Positions 10,975-23,234 are shown, numbered from the whole stretch's first letter. The stretch is 63,666 nucleotides of DNA, filler included, from Octopus bimaculoides (GCF_001194135.2; 6 parts of 6 records of this genome joined end to end with filler, not necessarily neighbours in it); one strand, 5' to 3'. Notes: generated by a model from the letters alone, not told the origin. Translations and numbers: made by a program.

Positions 10975-12183
10975 AATAAGAGTAGCCTGGGCAAAGTTTA
11001 GAGAGCTCTTACCTCTGCTGGTGACAAAGGGCCTCTCACTCAGAGTAAAAGGCAGACTGTATGACGCATGTGTACGAACAGCCATGCTACATGGCAGTGA
11101 AACATGGGCCGTGACTGCTGAGGACATGCGTAAGCTCGCAAGAAACGAAGCCAGTATGCTCCGCTGGATGTGTAATGTCAGTGTGCATACCCGTCAGAGT
11201 GTAAGTATCTTGAGAGAAAAGCTGAACATTAGAAGCATCAGTTGTGGTGTGCAAGAGAGACGATTGCGCTGGTATGGACATGTGGTGAGAATGGATGAGG
11301 ATAGCTGCGTGAAAAAGTGCCACACCCTAGCAATTGAGGGAACCTGTGGAACAGGTAGACCCAGGAAGACCTGGGATGAGGTGGTGAAGCACGACCTTCG
11401 AATTTTAGGCCTCACTGAGGCAATGACCAGNNNNNNNNNNNNNNNNNNNNNNNNNNNNNNNNNNNNNNNNNNNNNNNNNNNNNNNNNNNNNNNNNNNNNN
11501 NNNNNNNNNNNNNNNNNNNNNNNNNNNNNNNNNNNNNNNNNNNNNNNNNNNNNNNNNNNNNNNNNNNNNNNNNNNNNNNNNNNNNNNNNNNNNNNNNNNN
11601 NNNNNNNNNNNNNNNNNNNAAAAACTCTGCTTGCAAAGACCTGTTGAGGCAAGTGAATTTGAAATCTTAAATCGAAATCGAACCGAATCCGACGTCTAGC
11701 ACCCATGCCAACCTCTCCTTCATTGGACAATAAACTCTGCTTGCGAAGGCCTGTTGGGGCAAGTGAAATCGAAATCGTAATTGAACCATACTCGATGACT
11801 GGCACCTGCGCCAGTGGAGCTCTTACAGCACTGTTCGAGCGTGTTCATTGCCAGAGCAGCTGCCTGGATTCCGTAGCACCATTTGAGCGTAATCGTTACC
11901 AGCGTTGCCTTCTAGCACTTGTGTTGGTGGCATGTTAGAAAATCATTCAAGCGAGGTCATTGCCAGTNNNNNNNNNNCACTTGTGTTGGTGGCATGTTAG
12001 AAAATCATTCAAGCGAGGTCATTGCCAGTGCCGCTAGACTGGCTCCCGTGCAGGTGGCACGTAAAAAACACCAGTTTGAGTGTGGCTGCTGCCAGTACAA
12101 TGTGACTGGCCCTCGTGCCGGTGGCATGTAAAAGCACCCACTACACTCTTGGAGTGCTTGGTGTCAGGAAGGGCAGCCAGCTG

Positions 12184-12185
<2 letters not shown>
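10975..12185 (+). mobile_element. 5'-truncated RTE-clade LINE (RT C-terminal region plus modular 3' UTR; N gaps inside)
   Basis: 10975-11430 translates to ..KGRLYDACVRTAMLHGSETW..EASMLRWMCNVS..RRLRWYGHVVRM..GRPRKTWDEVVKHDL, the typical RTE/BovB ORF end. The 3' UTR matches the reverse complement of 21253-21466. Confidence 0.92.
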
Positions 12186-12218
<33 letters not shown>

Positions 12219-12287
12219 ATATAGATATAGATGTATATATATATGTGTGTATATAGATATAGATGTATATATAGATGTATATATATA

Positions 12288-12323
<36 letters not shown>

Positions 12324-12650
12324 TGTATATATAGATTTATGTATATATATGTATGGATATATATGTATATAGATCTATAAATATATAGATGTATATATAT
12401 AGATGTATGTATGTGTGGCCTGTTTGTTTGTTGTACCTTGTTTATCGTTTTGTCCATGTTCTTTTGCAACGTCATGTACTCAGATATGTATCTATATATA
12501 CATGTAGATGAAGGTATGTACATACNNNNNNNNNNATCTATATATACATGTAGATGAAGGTATGTACATACATGTACATATATATGCATATACTCATATA
12601 TTGTTTATATATATATATATATATATATAGATATATATATATATATACAT
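12185..12650. repeat. (TA)n / (TAGATG/TATA)n compound microsatellite
   Basis: Direct inspection. Confidence 0.95.
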
Positions 12651-13033
12651 ATGTAACGGTTATAGAATTGCACGATGAAGATCAATTTTTATAAGAAAAT
12701 ATTTATTTATGCCGTTACATTCTAGGTTGCCATACCACGACGGGTAGGCCAGTGTAATAGTATATAAAACATACAAGGTTGAGAATGTAGGCCTGTATCT
12801 GTATGTTCCTTTTATAGCAGTAATTGTATAGAGGGAGAGATGGTAGGGTTATAATGTTNNNNNNNNNNNNNNNNNNNNNNNNNNNNNNNNNNNNNNNNNN
12901 NNNNNNNNNNNNNNNNNNNNNNNNNNNNNNNNNNNNNNNNNNNNNNNNNNNNNNNNNNTGTATATATATATATATGAGTGTGTATATATATATGTATATA
13001 TATATATAGATGTATATATATATACATATATAT

Positions 13034-13239
13034 GAGCGTGGCCGCTGCCAGTACCGCCTGACTGGCTTTCATAGGATTTTTGAGTGAGATCATTGCCAGT
13101 GCCCCTGGACTGGCTCTTGTGCGGGTGGCACATAAAAGACACCATTTTGAGTTTGGCCGTTGCCAGTACCGCCTGACTGGCCTCCGTGCGGGTGACACAT
13201 AAAAGCACCCACTACACTCTCTGAGTGGTTGGCGTTGAA
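13034..13239 (+). mobile_element. RTE LINE 3' UTR fragment
   Basis: gccagtaccgcctgactggc repeat units and aaaagcacccactacactctctgagtggttggcgtt, as at 12030-12185. Confidence 0.85.
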
Positions 13240-13644
13240 AAGTATTAAAATGCATATATACATTCTCTGATGATAATAATAAGAAAATGTTAAAAACGGT
13301 TTAAGTATTAAAATACATATATATATTCTTTGATAATAATAGAAAATGTTTAAAAAGGAAGCCTCGAAGTCTTTTTGAGTTTGGGCAAGTTTAATAACAT
13401 GATAGAAAAGAAGACTGTGTTGCATTGTCTATTTACAGTGTTATATGTTCTAGATTTTGACTGCACACACATCAAATTGTTCTGGGTTTAATCCCACTGA
13501 ATGGGATTTGGGGTTAATGACTGAGACCAACTGGAAATGGATGGAGAATATCTTTTATGTGTGTATGTGTGCATGCATGTACATGCAAATAATATGCAGC
13601 TTACCTGCGTCCAGCTACAAAAATTCTTGTGCCTATCAAAACAA

Positions 13645-13863
13645 TATGAGGGAGTGCTGAAAAGTTCATGACTTTAAGTGTATCGTGAAAGTCTTGGTTG
13701 GAGGTCTAACCTTCCAAGTTCTTTTTCAGGCTTTAGAAAAATTGAATGACTGCTACAATGTGTGTGGATCTGAGAGAGGAGTATGTGGAATAAAATCATA
13801 ATTAATTGATCCTCTTGTATTTTCTTTTACCCAGAGCCAGTAACTTTTCAGCACCTCCTCATA
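13645..13863. mobile_element. mariner-derived MITE
   Basis: TIRs TATGAGGGAGTGCTGAAAAGTT / AACTTTTCAGCACCTCCTCATA with terminal TA. The interior resembles a mariner transposase C-terminus (EKLND..N..V.LRGEYVE*). Second copy at 31088-31309. Confidence 0.85.
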
Positions 13864-14693
13864 TTTAGTTCATTCCTTGGAGAACATAGGTAGATTTATG
13901 CATAAATGTTGGGTTATAGTGGGAGGAAGATGTTAAGAAATAAATNNNNNNNNNNNNNNNNNNNNNNNNNNNNNNNNNNNNNNNNNNNNNNNNNNNNNNN
14001 NNNNNNNNNNNNNNNNNNNNNNNNNNNNNNNNNNNNNNNNNNNNNNNNNNNNNNNNNNNNNNNNNNNNNNNNNNNNNNNNNNNNNNNNNNNNNNNNNNNN
14101 NNNNNNNNNNNNNNNNNNNNNNNNNNNNNNNNNNNNNNNNNNNNNNNNNNNNNNNNNNNNNNNNNNNNNNNNNNNNNNNNNNNNNNNNNNNNNNNNNNNN
14201 NNNNNNNNNNNNNNNNNNNNNNNNNNNNNNNNNNNNNNNNNNNNNNNNNNNNNNNNNNNNNNNNNNNNNNNNNNNNNNNNNNNNNNNNNNNNNNNNNNNN
14301 NNNNNNNNNNNNNNNNNNNNNNNNNNNNNNNNNNNNNNNNNNNNNNNNNNNNNNNNNNNNNNNNNNNNNNNNNNNNNNNNNNNNNNNNNNNNNNNNNNNN
14401 NNNNNNNNNNNNNNNNNNNNNNNNNNNNNNNNNNNNNNNNNNNNNNNNNNNNNNNNNNNNNNNNNNNNNNNNNNNNNNNNNNNNNNNNNNNNNNNNNNNN
14501 NNNNNNNNNNNNNNNNNNNNNNNNNNNNNNNNNNNNNNNNNNNNNNNNNNNNNNNNNNNNNNNNNNNNNNNNNNNNNNNNNNNNNNNNNNNNNNNNNNNN
14601 TCTATCTGGAGTGAAAGTTATCCAGCTTAACTCTTCCACTTCCAAATTTTCAGTCAAAGCAATTCAACTTACTTGTCCCCTCTATCTCCTTAG

Positions 14694-14840
14694 AAAACTG
14701 GTCTTGTGCCTAATCAATAGAAATTGTTGAAGATATTGATAATCATTGAGGTGGGGGGGGGAAACAAAACAAAGCCCCATGTGAAGTCAGCAATACCAGA
14801 ACAGCTGTGGTACCTCCTGAAGACATTGTCTTGTCTCTTT
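14694..14840 (+). other. Candidate cassette exon (stops in all frames from the strong acceptor; an internal acceptor at 14721 gives an open 120-nt phase-0 exon)
   Basis: Acceptor cttgtcccctctatctccttag| and donor TTT|gtaagt; unique sequence. No homology recognised. Confidence 0.3.
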
Positions 14841-16286
14841 GTAAGTTTGTTGTATGAGAGTGTGGGGAGCAATAGAATATTGAATTAGGTGTGGGGTGCA
14901 TATTCTTGCTGAACTACTGTTGGCTATGTACAATAATTGATAGCTACAATAATTATTTAATAATTACTGACTATATTATTCTAGCTGTTGTTGTGTTTGA
15001 AATAATCTGTTGGAGGGATTAGCTGTTAATCCCCTAATGTGCTGAGCAAGGCTTAGTATCTCAATTTTACACACACACGCACACACTCATACACACACTT
15101 TTGCCCTTGAGCAAGTTCTCTGTTTGTAAATATTTGCCACAAGGTTGTTTTGTTTGTTTTCTGTTTCTTTTTTTTAAATTTTTTTTTAAAACTATTCCAG
15201 TGACTACTTTAAGCATTCAATTAGATGTCTTAATGAAATGACATTAATTAAGAATGTGTTGTTGTTGTTGTTCAGTTGACAAGGCTGGTCTGGGCTTGTA
15301 ATTAAGTCATTGTATTATTGATGGACTGCTCAATGTATTGCATGTGTATTTGAGATGTTGAAGGTGGTTTGGTGAGTCGGGTTGGTGAGGTTATTTCTCA
15401 TTGGTTTTCAACAGATGAGAATATAACTGGCAGTTGCTGACATGTTAAATTAATTACTATGCATACATCATCAAAATGTAACCTAAGTGATCAAGGAGTG
15501 GGTTGGGAAATATGCAATCCTTTTTTTTTTCTTTTCTCTTTTCTCTTTTCTAATTCTGTTATGTAATATGCGATGAAACACTCATAAATACTAGACTAAC
15601 AACTGCATGCTTACCTAATAACAATTGCAGAAACATCAGTCCATTGCTATAGTACATAAACTGCTAAATGACACTTTGGCAACATGTTGCAGTAACACAA
15701 ATTTTATATATTTTAAGATCATAGTTATTCTTTTTATTGTTCATCTCATTTCTAACAACGAAACTATTTTTTAAAAAGTTTATTTTTGTTTTCTGCACAA
15801 TGTTTACATTTATACTTCATTTTGATTGACCTTTATCAAATCAGTATAAACATAGTGTTAGTGGAAATTGTCTCCAAAATCTGATAAATAATTAACTTGA
15901 CTAAAAGCAACTTATCTCAAGCATTATGATACCTTAAGTAGGTTTTAATAATGAATTGAAGGTGTGAGAGCTTTCAAGCCTATCTGTTTCAAGTTTAACA
16001 AAGTTACTTTTTGGGATGATATTTCTTATGAAACACACTGCCCCTCTGTTAAAATTGATTTTAAAAATAATAAAAATTTGAAGGAATTTAGTAAAATAAC
16101 CAACATTAGAATATAATGGAAAAACCTTTTAACTGAAATATGAATACTTTAAAATGCATGGTTTTGTAAGAGTTGAAGACACTGTGGCGGGTTATAAGAA
16201 TGTGAGAAACTTGGGGGCTGTTATTGGTAAAAAGTAGATAATGTGAGGAGGTAATGAGGTAGGGCACTTCAGAAAATGAGAACCAA

Positions 16287-16445
16287 GACATGGCAGTGCA
16301 GTTAAAAAGTTAGTTGTGCTGCAATGTTATTTTAGGTTCAACCCTGCTGTGTGACATTTTGGGCAGGTGCCCTTCCTCACCCATTGCCTTGGGTTGATGA
16401 AAGCTTTGTGAGTGACATTTTGAAGACACAGGCTGTGTGAAAATG
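16287..16445 (+). mobile_element. Decayed SINE family A head
   Basis: catggcagtgcagttaaaaagttag...ttaggttcaaccctgctgtgtgacattttgggcag...aaagctttgtgagtg. Confidence 0.6.
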
Positions 16446-16704
16446 TATTGGAGGGATGTGAAGCATAGCACCACCANNNNNNNNNNTTCTCTCTCTCTCT
16501 CTCCACAACAGTATTGAAGCTAGGTATATACTTTTATAATCTTTAAGTGAACAACACTCATCAATTGTTTCATGTCTATTTTCTCAGCTAATCCAGAGGT
16601 TAGCTTTGCTGGCTCCCCGTGTCAATCTTTACTTTCCCTTGTTCTTTACATTCCCCCCCCCCCAACCTTTCCCTTTTCTTTATCTCCTCCTCCATCACTT
16701 TTAG

Positions 16705-16815
16705 CATTATCTTGTTCAAGAAAGACATAACTTAAGGTGATGAAGGAGTGCAGAGGCTATGGCAAAGTATAGAAGACTGTCTTACAGATATCTAAAAATC
16801 TTCCTAATTGTTCTG
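16705..16815 (+). other. Candidate non-coding or poison exon
   Basis: Very long polypyrimidine tract (about 16620-16700) ending tttag|, donor CTG|gtaaga; stops in all frames. Confidence 0.25.
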
Positions 16816-17310
16816 GTAAGAGATAAAATAGATTTGTTATGAAGGAGTTCTTTGTGGTGGTGCTTTTTCAGGTTTTGCCAATTTGGATCTGAAGTCCACC
16901 ACATCACTGTATGTTGCAGCTATGCAAAATATAAAAGTGTATATCACATGCTATTGTGAACTGTAGCATCGTTTGTTGTAGGTTTTCAATCAGCCATTTG
17001 CTGGTTGTTGATTGCATTTCTGATAAGAGTGTCAAGGGAGTGTTTGTGCAACTTGGACAAAACAAATAGCACAAAGTATTTTTGTTTGAACATGACGGTT
17101 GAGTTTCTCAATCACCGGTGATATACACACTTCTAAGCAGTTTTCATTTAATACGTTCCACTTTGAGGTGTTGGTAAATTGGATGATGGCAGAAGATTTT
17201 AGATTTGTAGACTGAACATGGAATTTAGTTGTGAGGCAAATTTCTTAAGTACAACTACATGGTCATGTCTGGAGACTGGGTTCAGAGACAATGTCTCTTC
17301 TTGAGCAGTT

Positions 17311-17600
17311 ATCATCATCATCATTTAGCATCTGCTTTCCATGCTGGCATGGGTTAGCTGGTTTGACTGAAACTCGTAAGCTGGAGAGCTGCACCAAGTT
17401 CTAGTCTGATTTGGCATAGTTTCTACAGCTGGATGCCTTTCCTAACACCAATTACTCCAAGAGTGTAATGGGTGCCTTTTATGTGCCAGTCACGTGACAC
17501 CAATATTGGCCACAATGACAATTTCAATTGACTTGATGAGTTTTCTAAAGCTTGGCATGTGTGAGTTAAAATCCAAGCATGTTATCGCACTGGAGCAACA
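17311..17600 (-). mobile_element. RTE LINE 3' end (decayed)
   Basis: (CAT)n tail plus UTR matching 21253-21466. Confidence 0.8.
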
Positions 17601-17715
17601 GCAATATATTGATGTCTTGCATTGACAAAACCTCCAATCATAGCTTACCATATAAAAAAAGACAAACAAGACAAAACAAAAAACATTAGCTACAGTAGCA
17701 GTTTTAGATACACTT

Positions 17716-18015
17716 ATCATCATTGTTTAACATCCGCCTTTCATGCTAGCATGGGTGGAATGGTTGCGCAAGAGCCGGCCAGGCAGAAGTCTGTACCAGA
17801 CTTCTATAACTGTTTTGGCAGGATTCTTACAGCTGGTTGCCCTTCCTAACACCAACCACTCAGCAGAGTGGGCTTAGTGCTTTTTACGTGGTACAAATAC
17901 AGGCGAGGTTAGTTTTTGCAAGGTTTTTACAGCTGGATGCCCTTCTGAACACGAACCACTTTACAGTGTGGACTAGAGGCTTTCAAGCGTCACCTGCACT
18001 GACAGGGCTACCAAG
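17716..18015 (-). mobile_element. RTE-related 3' tail with duplicated ctacagctggatgcccttc module
   Basis: tcatcattgtttaacatccgcctttcatgctagcatggg... and two tacagctgg(t/a)tgcccttc units. Confidence 0.7.
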
Positions 18016-18135
18016 TACTTGCAAGACAAAAAAAAGAAAAAAAATTTCAAGACATTAGAAGAGGTAATCTTGTGTTGGGCAATGAAAGGTTATAGTGAGA
18101 TAGAAACAGGTATCTTGCTGTACAAGGTTACCCAG

Positions 18136-18180
<45 letters not shown>

Positions 18181-18519
18181 TCAGGAACAAGAATAGAAAG
18201 AGGTTCACTACCATAAAGGAAATATATGGTTACCCAACAAGAGGGAAGTGCAGGAGGTGAGAGAGAGAGAGAGTGGGAGTGGGAGACAGCAGGATAGAGA
18301 TGGTGGCAAAATGCCAGGCGTACCCACAAGGAAAGGAGATCAGAATATAAATGGGATGGCTGAGCAAAGGAAGAGAGAGAGATATAGATGGTTGCAAGTG
18401 CCAGGTTCGAATGCCATAATATGTGGCAGGATATTTCGAAGAGCGCAAGTAAGTGGAAAAAAACCTGGGTATATATATATGGAGTTGGGGTGGGGTAGGG
18501 GCTACCAGATAGCAACGAT

Positions 18520-18640
18520 AAAGAACTTCATATTGCCAGACATCTTGGTCGATTGTCATTTCCTTCACGAGGCCCAGCTTCCTGAGATCGGCCCTTACCA
18601 TTTTTATCCCATGTCTTCCTGGGCGAATGAAAATTCTTGA
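18520..18640 (-). mobile_element. RTE LINE ORF C-terminal fragment
   Basis: Translates to RPGRHGIKMVRADLRKLGLVKEMTIDQDVWQYEVL, homologous to GRPRKTWDEVVKHDLRILGLTEAMT.DRDLW. Confidence 0.65.
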
Positions 18641-18789
18641 CAATTTTGTTTGGAATACATGTGATCTGGCAGGTCTGCTGGATCACGACTGTTCTGGGCT
18701 GAACAAACCACTACCACAACATCAGGGAAAGTTTCATTCGCTGCAACTTGGTTAATTTATTTCATGGATTTACAGTCAGTATGTGATGT

Positions 18790-19095
18790 AGCTTTAGACA
18801 TTGCTTCTCAACGACATGGTTTGGAGTTCAGTCCCACTGCATGGCACATTGGGCAAGTGTCTTCTACTATAGCCACAGGCTGACTAAAGTCTTGTGAGTG
18901 GATTTGGTAGAAAGAAGCCTAGTGCTGGTGTGTTTACGTCTTCACAACTTAGCTGTTTGGCAAAAGAGACCAGTAGAATAAGTACCAGGATTTTAAAAAA
19001 TAAGTGCTAGAGTTGATGCATTTGACTAAAAATTCTTCAAGGTGGCGCCCCAGCTTGGCCACAGTCTATTGACTGAAACAAGTAGATGAAAGATA
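18790..19095 (+). mobile_element. SINE family A with internal deletion
   Basis: Head, body and 3' end gactgaaacaagtagatgaaaga are present; the central microsatellite segment is missing. Confidence 0.85.
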
Positions 19096-19664
19096 CATTT
19101 AGACCCCCTCAAATATGCATAAATATTTAGTATGTGGTCTCTCACAGATGCTACATATAGTTTTTTTTTTATTTATTATCCTTAATATTAAAGTAAGATT
19201 TATTGATTGTTATCAATATTTCATGTGACTGTCTTTGTATTCTTTCTCAATTTTCTACAATGAAAGTTATCAACATTTGCAGTTTAGACCAAGATAAATT
19301 GTTATTGAAACTGAACTGTGGTCAAATGTGTTCTAACCATGACCATCTCATGATGGTAACATAGGATACAAATAATATTTTGGGTGCTATTTCTAGCATC
19401 TTTAGCTCATTGACAAGATTTCATATACTTACTCTGTCAAAGTGCATGACTCGACATTGTAGATGCAGTGTAGCAGGGTCTGTGTTTTGTTAGTTGTTAA
19501 TGACTGGGGGGTGATGTGAGTGCCTTGTTCAAGGAAGAGATGCAATGATGCATGCAATGATGCAAATTTTGAAACTTGCAATTGTTCTTCTTCTTGGTGA
19601 AATAAGAGAATCAAATATGTGGTGAGTACAATAACTTTAATGAACTGAGACCATCTGTGTCTAT

Positions 19665-20022
19665 GAGAAGTGAGCAGCTTTGAGTCCTACTGCATGCACC
19701 TTGGTCACACATCAGCTTATAGCCTGAGACTGACCAAGTACTATGAGTGAAATTAGTTAGAAACTGAAGAAAAATTCCATCATGTGTGTCATTGTCTTGA
19801 CATTGTGCAATAGTTGTAAACGAGTGCCACTGTCATTAAAGCAGTGTTGTTTGTTCCCAATCTTTCATGAAAACACATCATCCAGCCATGGGGGAAATAT
19901 TGGATTACCTTGTTTGGAAATAGGTAAGGATTAGTAATAGGAAGTGTATTTCTCTATAGAAAGTCTGCTTCAACAAATTTCATGTAAGCTTGGAAAATTG
20001 GATGTTAGAACAATGATGATTA
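19665..20022 (+). mobile_element. SINE family D ending in an RTE-like tail
   Basis: Family A head, body as in 8566-8892, and tail aggaagtgtatttctctatagaaa...catgtaagcttggaaaattggatgttagaacaatgatgat resembling the RTE 3' end. Confidence 0.7.
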
Positions 20023-20111
20023 TAAACAACTGCAATATGGTGCCTGCCACTATTCATAAATAATATGTATGTCTTAGATGATTGTCATGGCTCTTCCATG
20101 ATGCAAATATG

Positions 20112-20147
<36 letters not shown>

Positions 20148-21252
20148 ATGTTATCCAGTATAGCATAAGAACAGTCGGAATGTGGCACTTCTTAGTTATG
20201 GTTAAAGTATGTCGACAGGTTGCTCAGTTTGTTTTAGCTTGTCTTTGGGCTCCTTGGTTTTGATAAAGTCATTGCAGTGTTGTGCAAGCTGTTTGCAGTA
20301 GAAAGTTCACATTGGACATTCCTGACAAATAAATTTTCTAATTGTTGGTGATGATCATATTTGCTCAGCAAGTTGACAGCTATTATATTTTGCCTTGTGT
20401 CAAGATTATGACCATATTCGAGACAAATGGCAAATAAATAATGGTAGTGTAGTGGTAGTTGTGGTAATCATTGTTGTAACAGATGCCAAGTTATGCGAAT
20501 GTCCTTTGTCATTAAAAAAAAAAAAAGATTGTAGTTAAACTCAGAAAATCTTTTGTTGTTAGCAGTTTATTGAGGGTTGATTTTGTTGCAACTTCAACCT
20601 TGGACTTCACTTTATTATTACCTCTTAAGTTTGATGAAATTGGAATCGACAGTAGATTTATAGCTATGTCAATTGAGCTGGTAAAAACAGCATCTAGATT
20701 TTCCATAAATGATCTGTTGTCTTAAAAAAAGAAAGGGACTTTTTGGGTAATGTGGTTCCATACATATATTAAAACAAAAGAGAGGCTCACTGTTAGTGTT
20801 TAATGAAGATTCCTGGGTCTATGCAGCAAAAATGTTGATTAGGCTCAGGTGATTCCCAATTGAATTCAATCTATTGCTAGATAGTCCAGTTATGGCCATC
20901 CCATTATATTTTCTTTTTTATTTTCTTGGAATGGTGTACCACAGACTACACTGTCCAACTTAATAAAGCAGTAGAGTGTGATATGAAGGCGATATGGTTG
21001 GAACTTCAACCTGGTTGAGCAGTCTTATATAGGTCCCCACATTGGCTGATGCTGCCTGGGGTTTTAGTTTTTAATCCCCAAGTGCAGCATAATCTCTGTA
21101 ACCGATCAGTGAATGTTAGAAGCCCAAATGTATTTAGTCATAAGCAATGATGTAAGTTTTAAAATAATGGTGAGAAGCAGTGTCTCATCTCATGTCCCTT
21201 TAAATCCTACTTTTAGGCCACCTCCTTTCTTTTTAGATCCATATATACATAT

Positions 21253-21289
<37 letters not shown>

Positions 21290-21466
21290 CTGTTTAACGT
21301 CCGCTTTCCATGCTAGCATGGGTTGGACGATTTGACTGAGGACTGGTGAAACCGGATGGCTACACCAGGCTCCAATCTGATTTGGCAGAGTTTCTACAGC
21401 TGGATGCTCTTCCTAACGCCAACCACTCCGAGAGTGTAGTGGGTGCTTTTACGTGTCACCGGCACG
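21253..21466 (-). mobile_element. Young RTE LINE 3' end with (GAT)n tail
   Basis: (CAT)n then GTTTAACGTCCGCTTTCCATGCTAGCATGGG...GTGTAGTGGGTGCTTTTACGTG. CpGs intact; reverse complement of the 12130-12185 UTR. Confidence 0.9.
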
Positions 21467-21903
21467 AAGAATATCCTATAACATACAAGGATTCTAAAAA
21501 GTAAAATAGCAACTTCCATTTAAAGAAATAAGAAAAATAAGAAAAACCATTAAAAAAAATAAGAAATATATATATAATCATGCTAGAATGGGACACGGAC
21601 ATTAAATGGTGATAGTATATATATGTATTTACTTTAAAGGGTTGTTCATTTTCTTTTAAAATATATTATGCAGCAGGGAAGGAAGGGTAGGTGTGTGTGC
21701 ATACACCCACACACATGTATATATGTATAGAACAAGCCATCATCTAATCCTATTTAGACACATTGTAAGAAATCTAAATCTAGATATATTGAAACATTTT
21801 TTCCATTCTGTTATGTTTAGAAAAAAAAAAAAATCCCAGAACAAAAAAAACCCACATCTAAATATGATAACTTGATATAAGCAATTTGTTTTTTTCATTG
21901 CAG

Positions 21904-21954
21904 AGTTTCATCTGTGACTTGCTTAGCTCATGCCAGCAAAAACATATAGCAAAG
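21904..21954 (+). other. Candidate 51-nt exon (phase 0 open: SFICDLLSSCQQKHIAK)
   Basis: Acceptor ttgtttttttcattgcag| and donor AAG|gtacga; unique sequence; no recognised homology. Confidence 0.3.
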
Positions 21955-22157
21955 GTACGACTCTAAATACCGCTCACCCTGGCTGACTGGAACATATTTT
22001 TTGTGTTGTTTTTTTTTTTCTTTTCATTTTTCATTTTCATTTTTTTCCCCTCTGTCCACCATCTCATTTTATTTGTAGCGATCACCATTGTTGTCAACTG
22101 AATCGAACACCATACTCATAAGACATGTACATGAGTGTAGGGATGTGTGTGTATGCC

Positions 22158-22199
<42 letters not shown>

Positions 22200-22200
<1 letters not shown>

Positions 22201-23061
22201 CAATAAGTATCCGGATTGTTGCCATAGTAGCAAAGCTAGAATATGCCGAGTTAAGCTGTGTGGCATAGATTGACTTTGAACTCTGCTGTGTCTGTGCATT
22301 AAGTTTTAATGTTGTAGTTCACTTCTGCTGTTTACAGCAGTGCTTGGAAGTAACGTGTGTAATGTGTAATCGTTGCATTGATCTTGATAGAGAAAGCTGA
22401 GCAGAGAATTTGCATCAAAGTTTGCCAAAAGCTTGATGATTGCTGCTCAGAGGCCTATGCAAAGTTTTCATCATAATTGACAGAATGAAGATCTTGTACA
22501 ACTGAAATCCGAGTGTCTTTTTGGTCAGCTGAAAGTAGTTTTGGCATAAATTTGGCAGACACGCTTCTCCTACTCTGATCTTCAGTGATAATGGACTCAA
22601 CTGAACAATAACTAATCAACGCACCCTCTGATAACTCACAGATGGTGATTTGACGACTTACCCCCACAGCTACATGCATGTCTGATAAGTTTTCTTCGGT
22701 TCTGCTGGTTGTGGGCCTCCCAGAACGTTCGTCACTGTGGACCTTTTTTCGGCCATTTTGGAAACGTCTGACCCACTCCTATGCTTGTGTGTGACCCATA
22801 CACTCCTCTCCATACACTTTCTGCAACTTTGCGTAGGCCTCTGAGCAGGCATCACCACGACAACTGTTTCTGTTGTGGTCAATCCGACGATCATGCGTTA
22901 ATTCCAAGCACTGCTGTAAACGAGAAGTGAGCGAAGAACGTTAAAACTTGCTGTGCTTGCACAGCAGAAGTCAAGATCAATCTCTGCCAAGTGGCTTTTC
23001 TCTGCATGCTTTAGCTTTGTTACTATGGCAACAGCCTGGGTATTTATTGATTACACCTCGT
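22200..23061. mobile_element. Rearranged mariner with two 5' ends in inverted orientation (fold-back derivative)
   Basis: The minus strand encodes the transposase N-terminus (AEAYAKLQKVYGEECMGHTQA*EWVRRFQNGRKK..SGRPTTSRTEEN..SAKFMPKLL..DENF). The plus strand at 22200-22468 repeats the 5' UTR and EKAEQRICIKVCQKL. The arms are about 250-bp inverted repeats. Confidence 0.85.
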
Positions 23062-23234
23062 GTGTGTGTGGACACACACGTGTTCTTTTTATATATTGTG
23101 TATATATATATTCATACACATACAGTCACTCACTCTTGTAATATGTCACAAAAATTTATTGTCTTTTTCCCCCCCCCAGTAAATATTTCTTACATGGGTA
23201 TAAAGTCAGAAATTGGTGGGAGGTGGGGCGTTAG

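Noticed and set aside
11918-12028. Exact direct repeats flanking 10-N gaps (also 12490-12580 and 58480-58590)
   Set aside because: Identical sequence on both sides of a 10-N spacer is a contig-overlap artefact, not a biological duplication.
19433-19614. Minus-strand ORF ending at a GA|GTAAGT donor (..EEEQLQVSKFASLHASLHLFLEQ..)
   Set aside because: Only an AAG acceptor, the frame runs upstream into a SINE, it opposes the + strand skew of the region, and there is no recognisable homology.
20150-20725. Minus-strand protein-like frames (MENLDAVFTSSIDIAINLL.., YGHNLDTRQNIIAV..)
   Set aside because: Short, interrupted, open on both strands in part, with no family motif or consistent splice phases.
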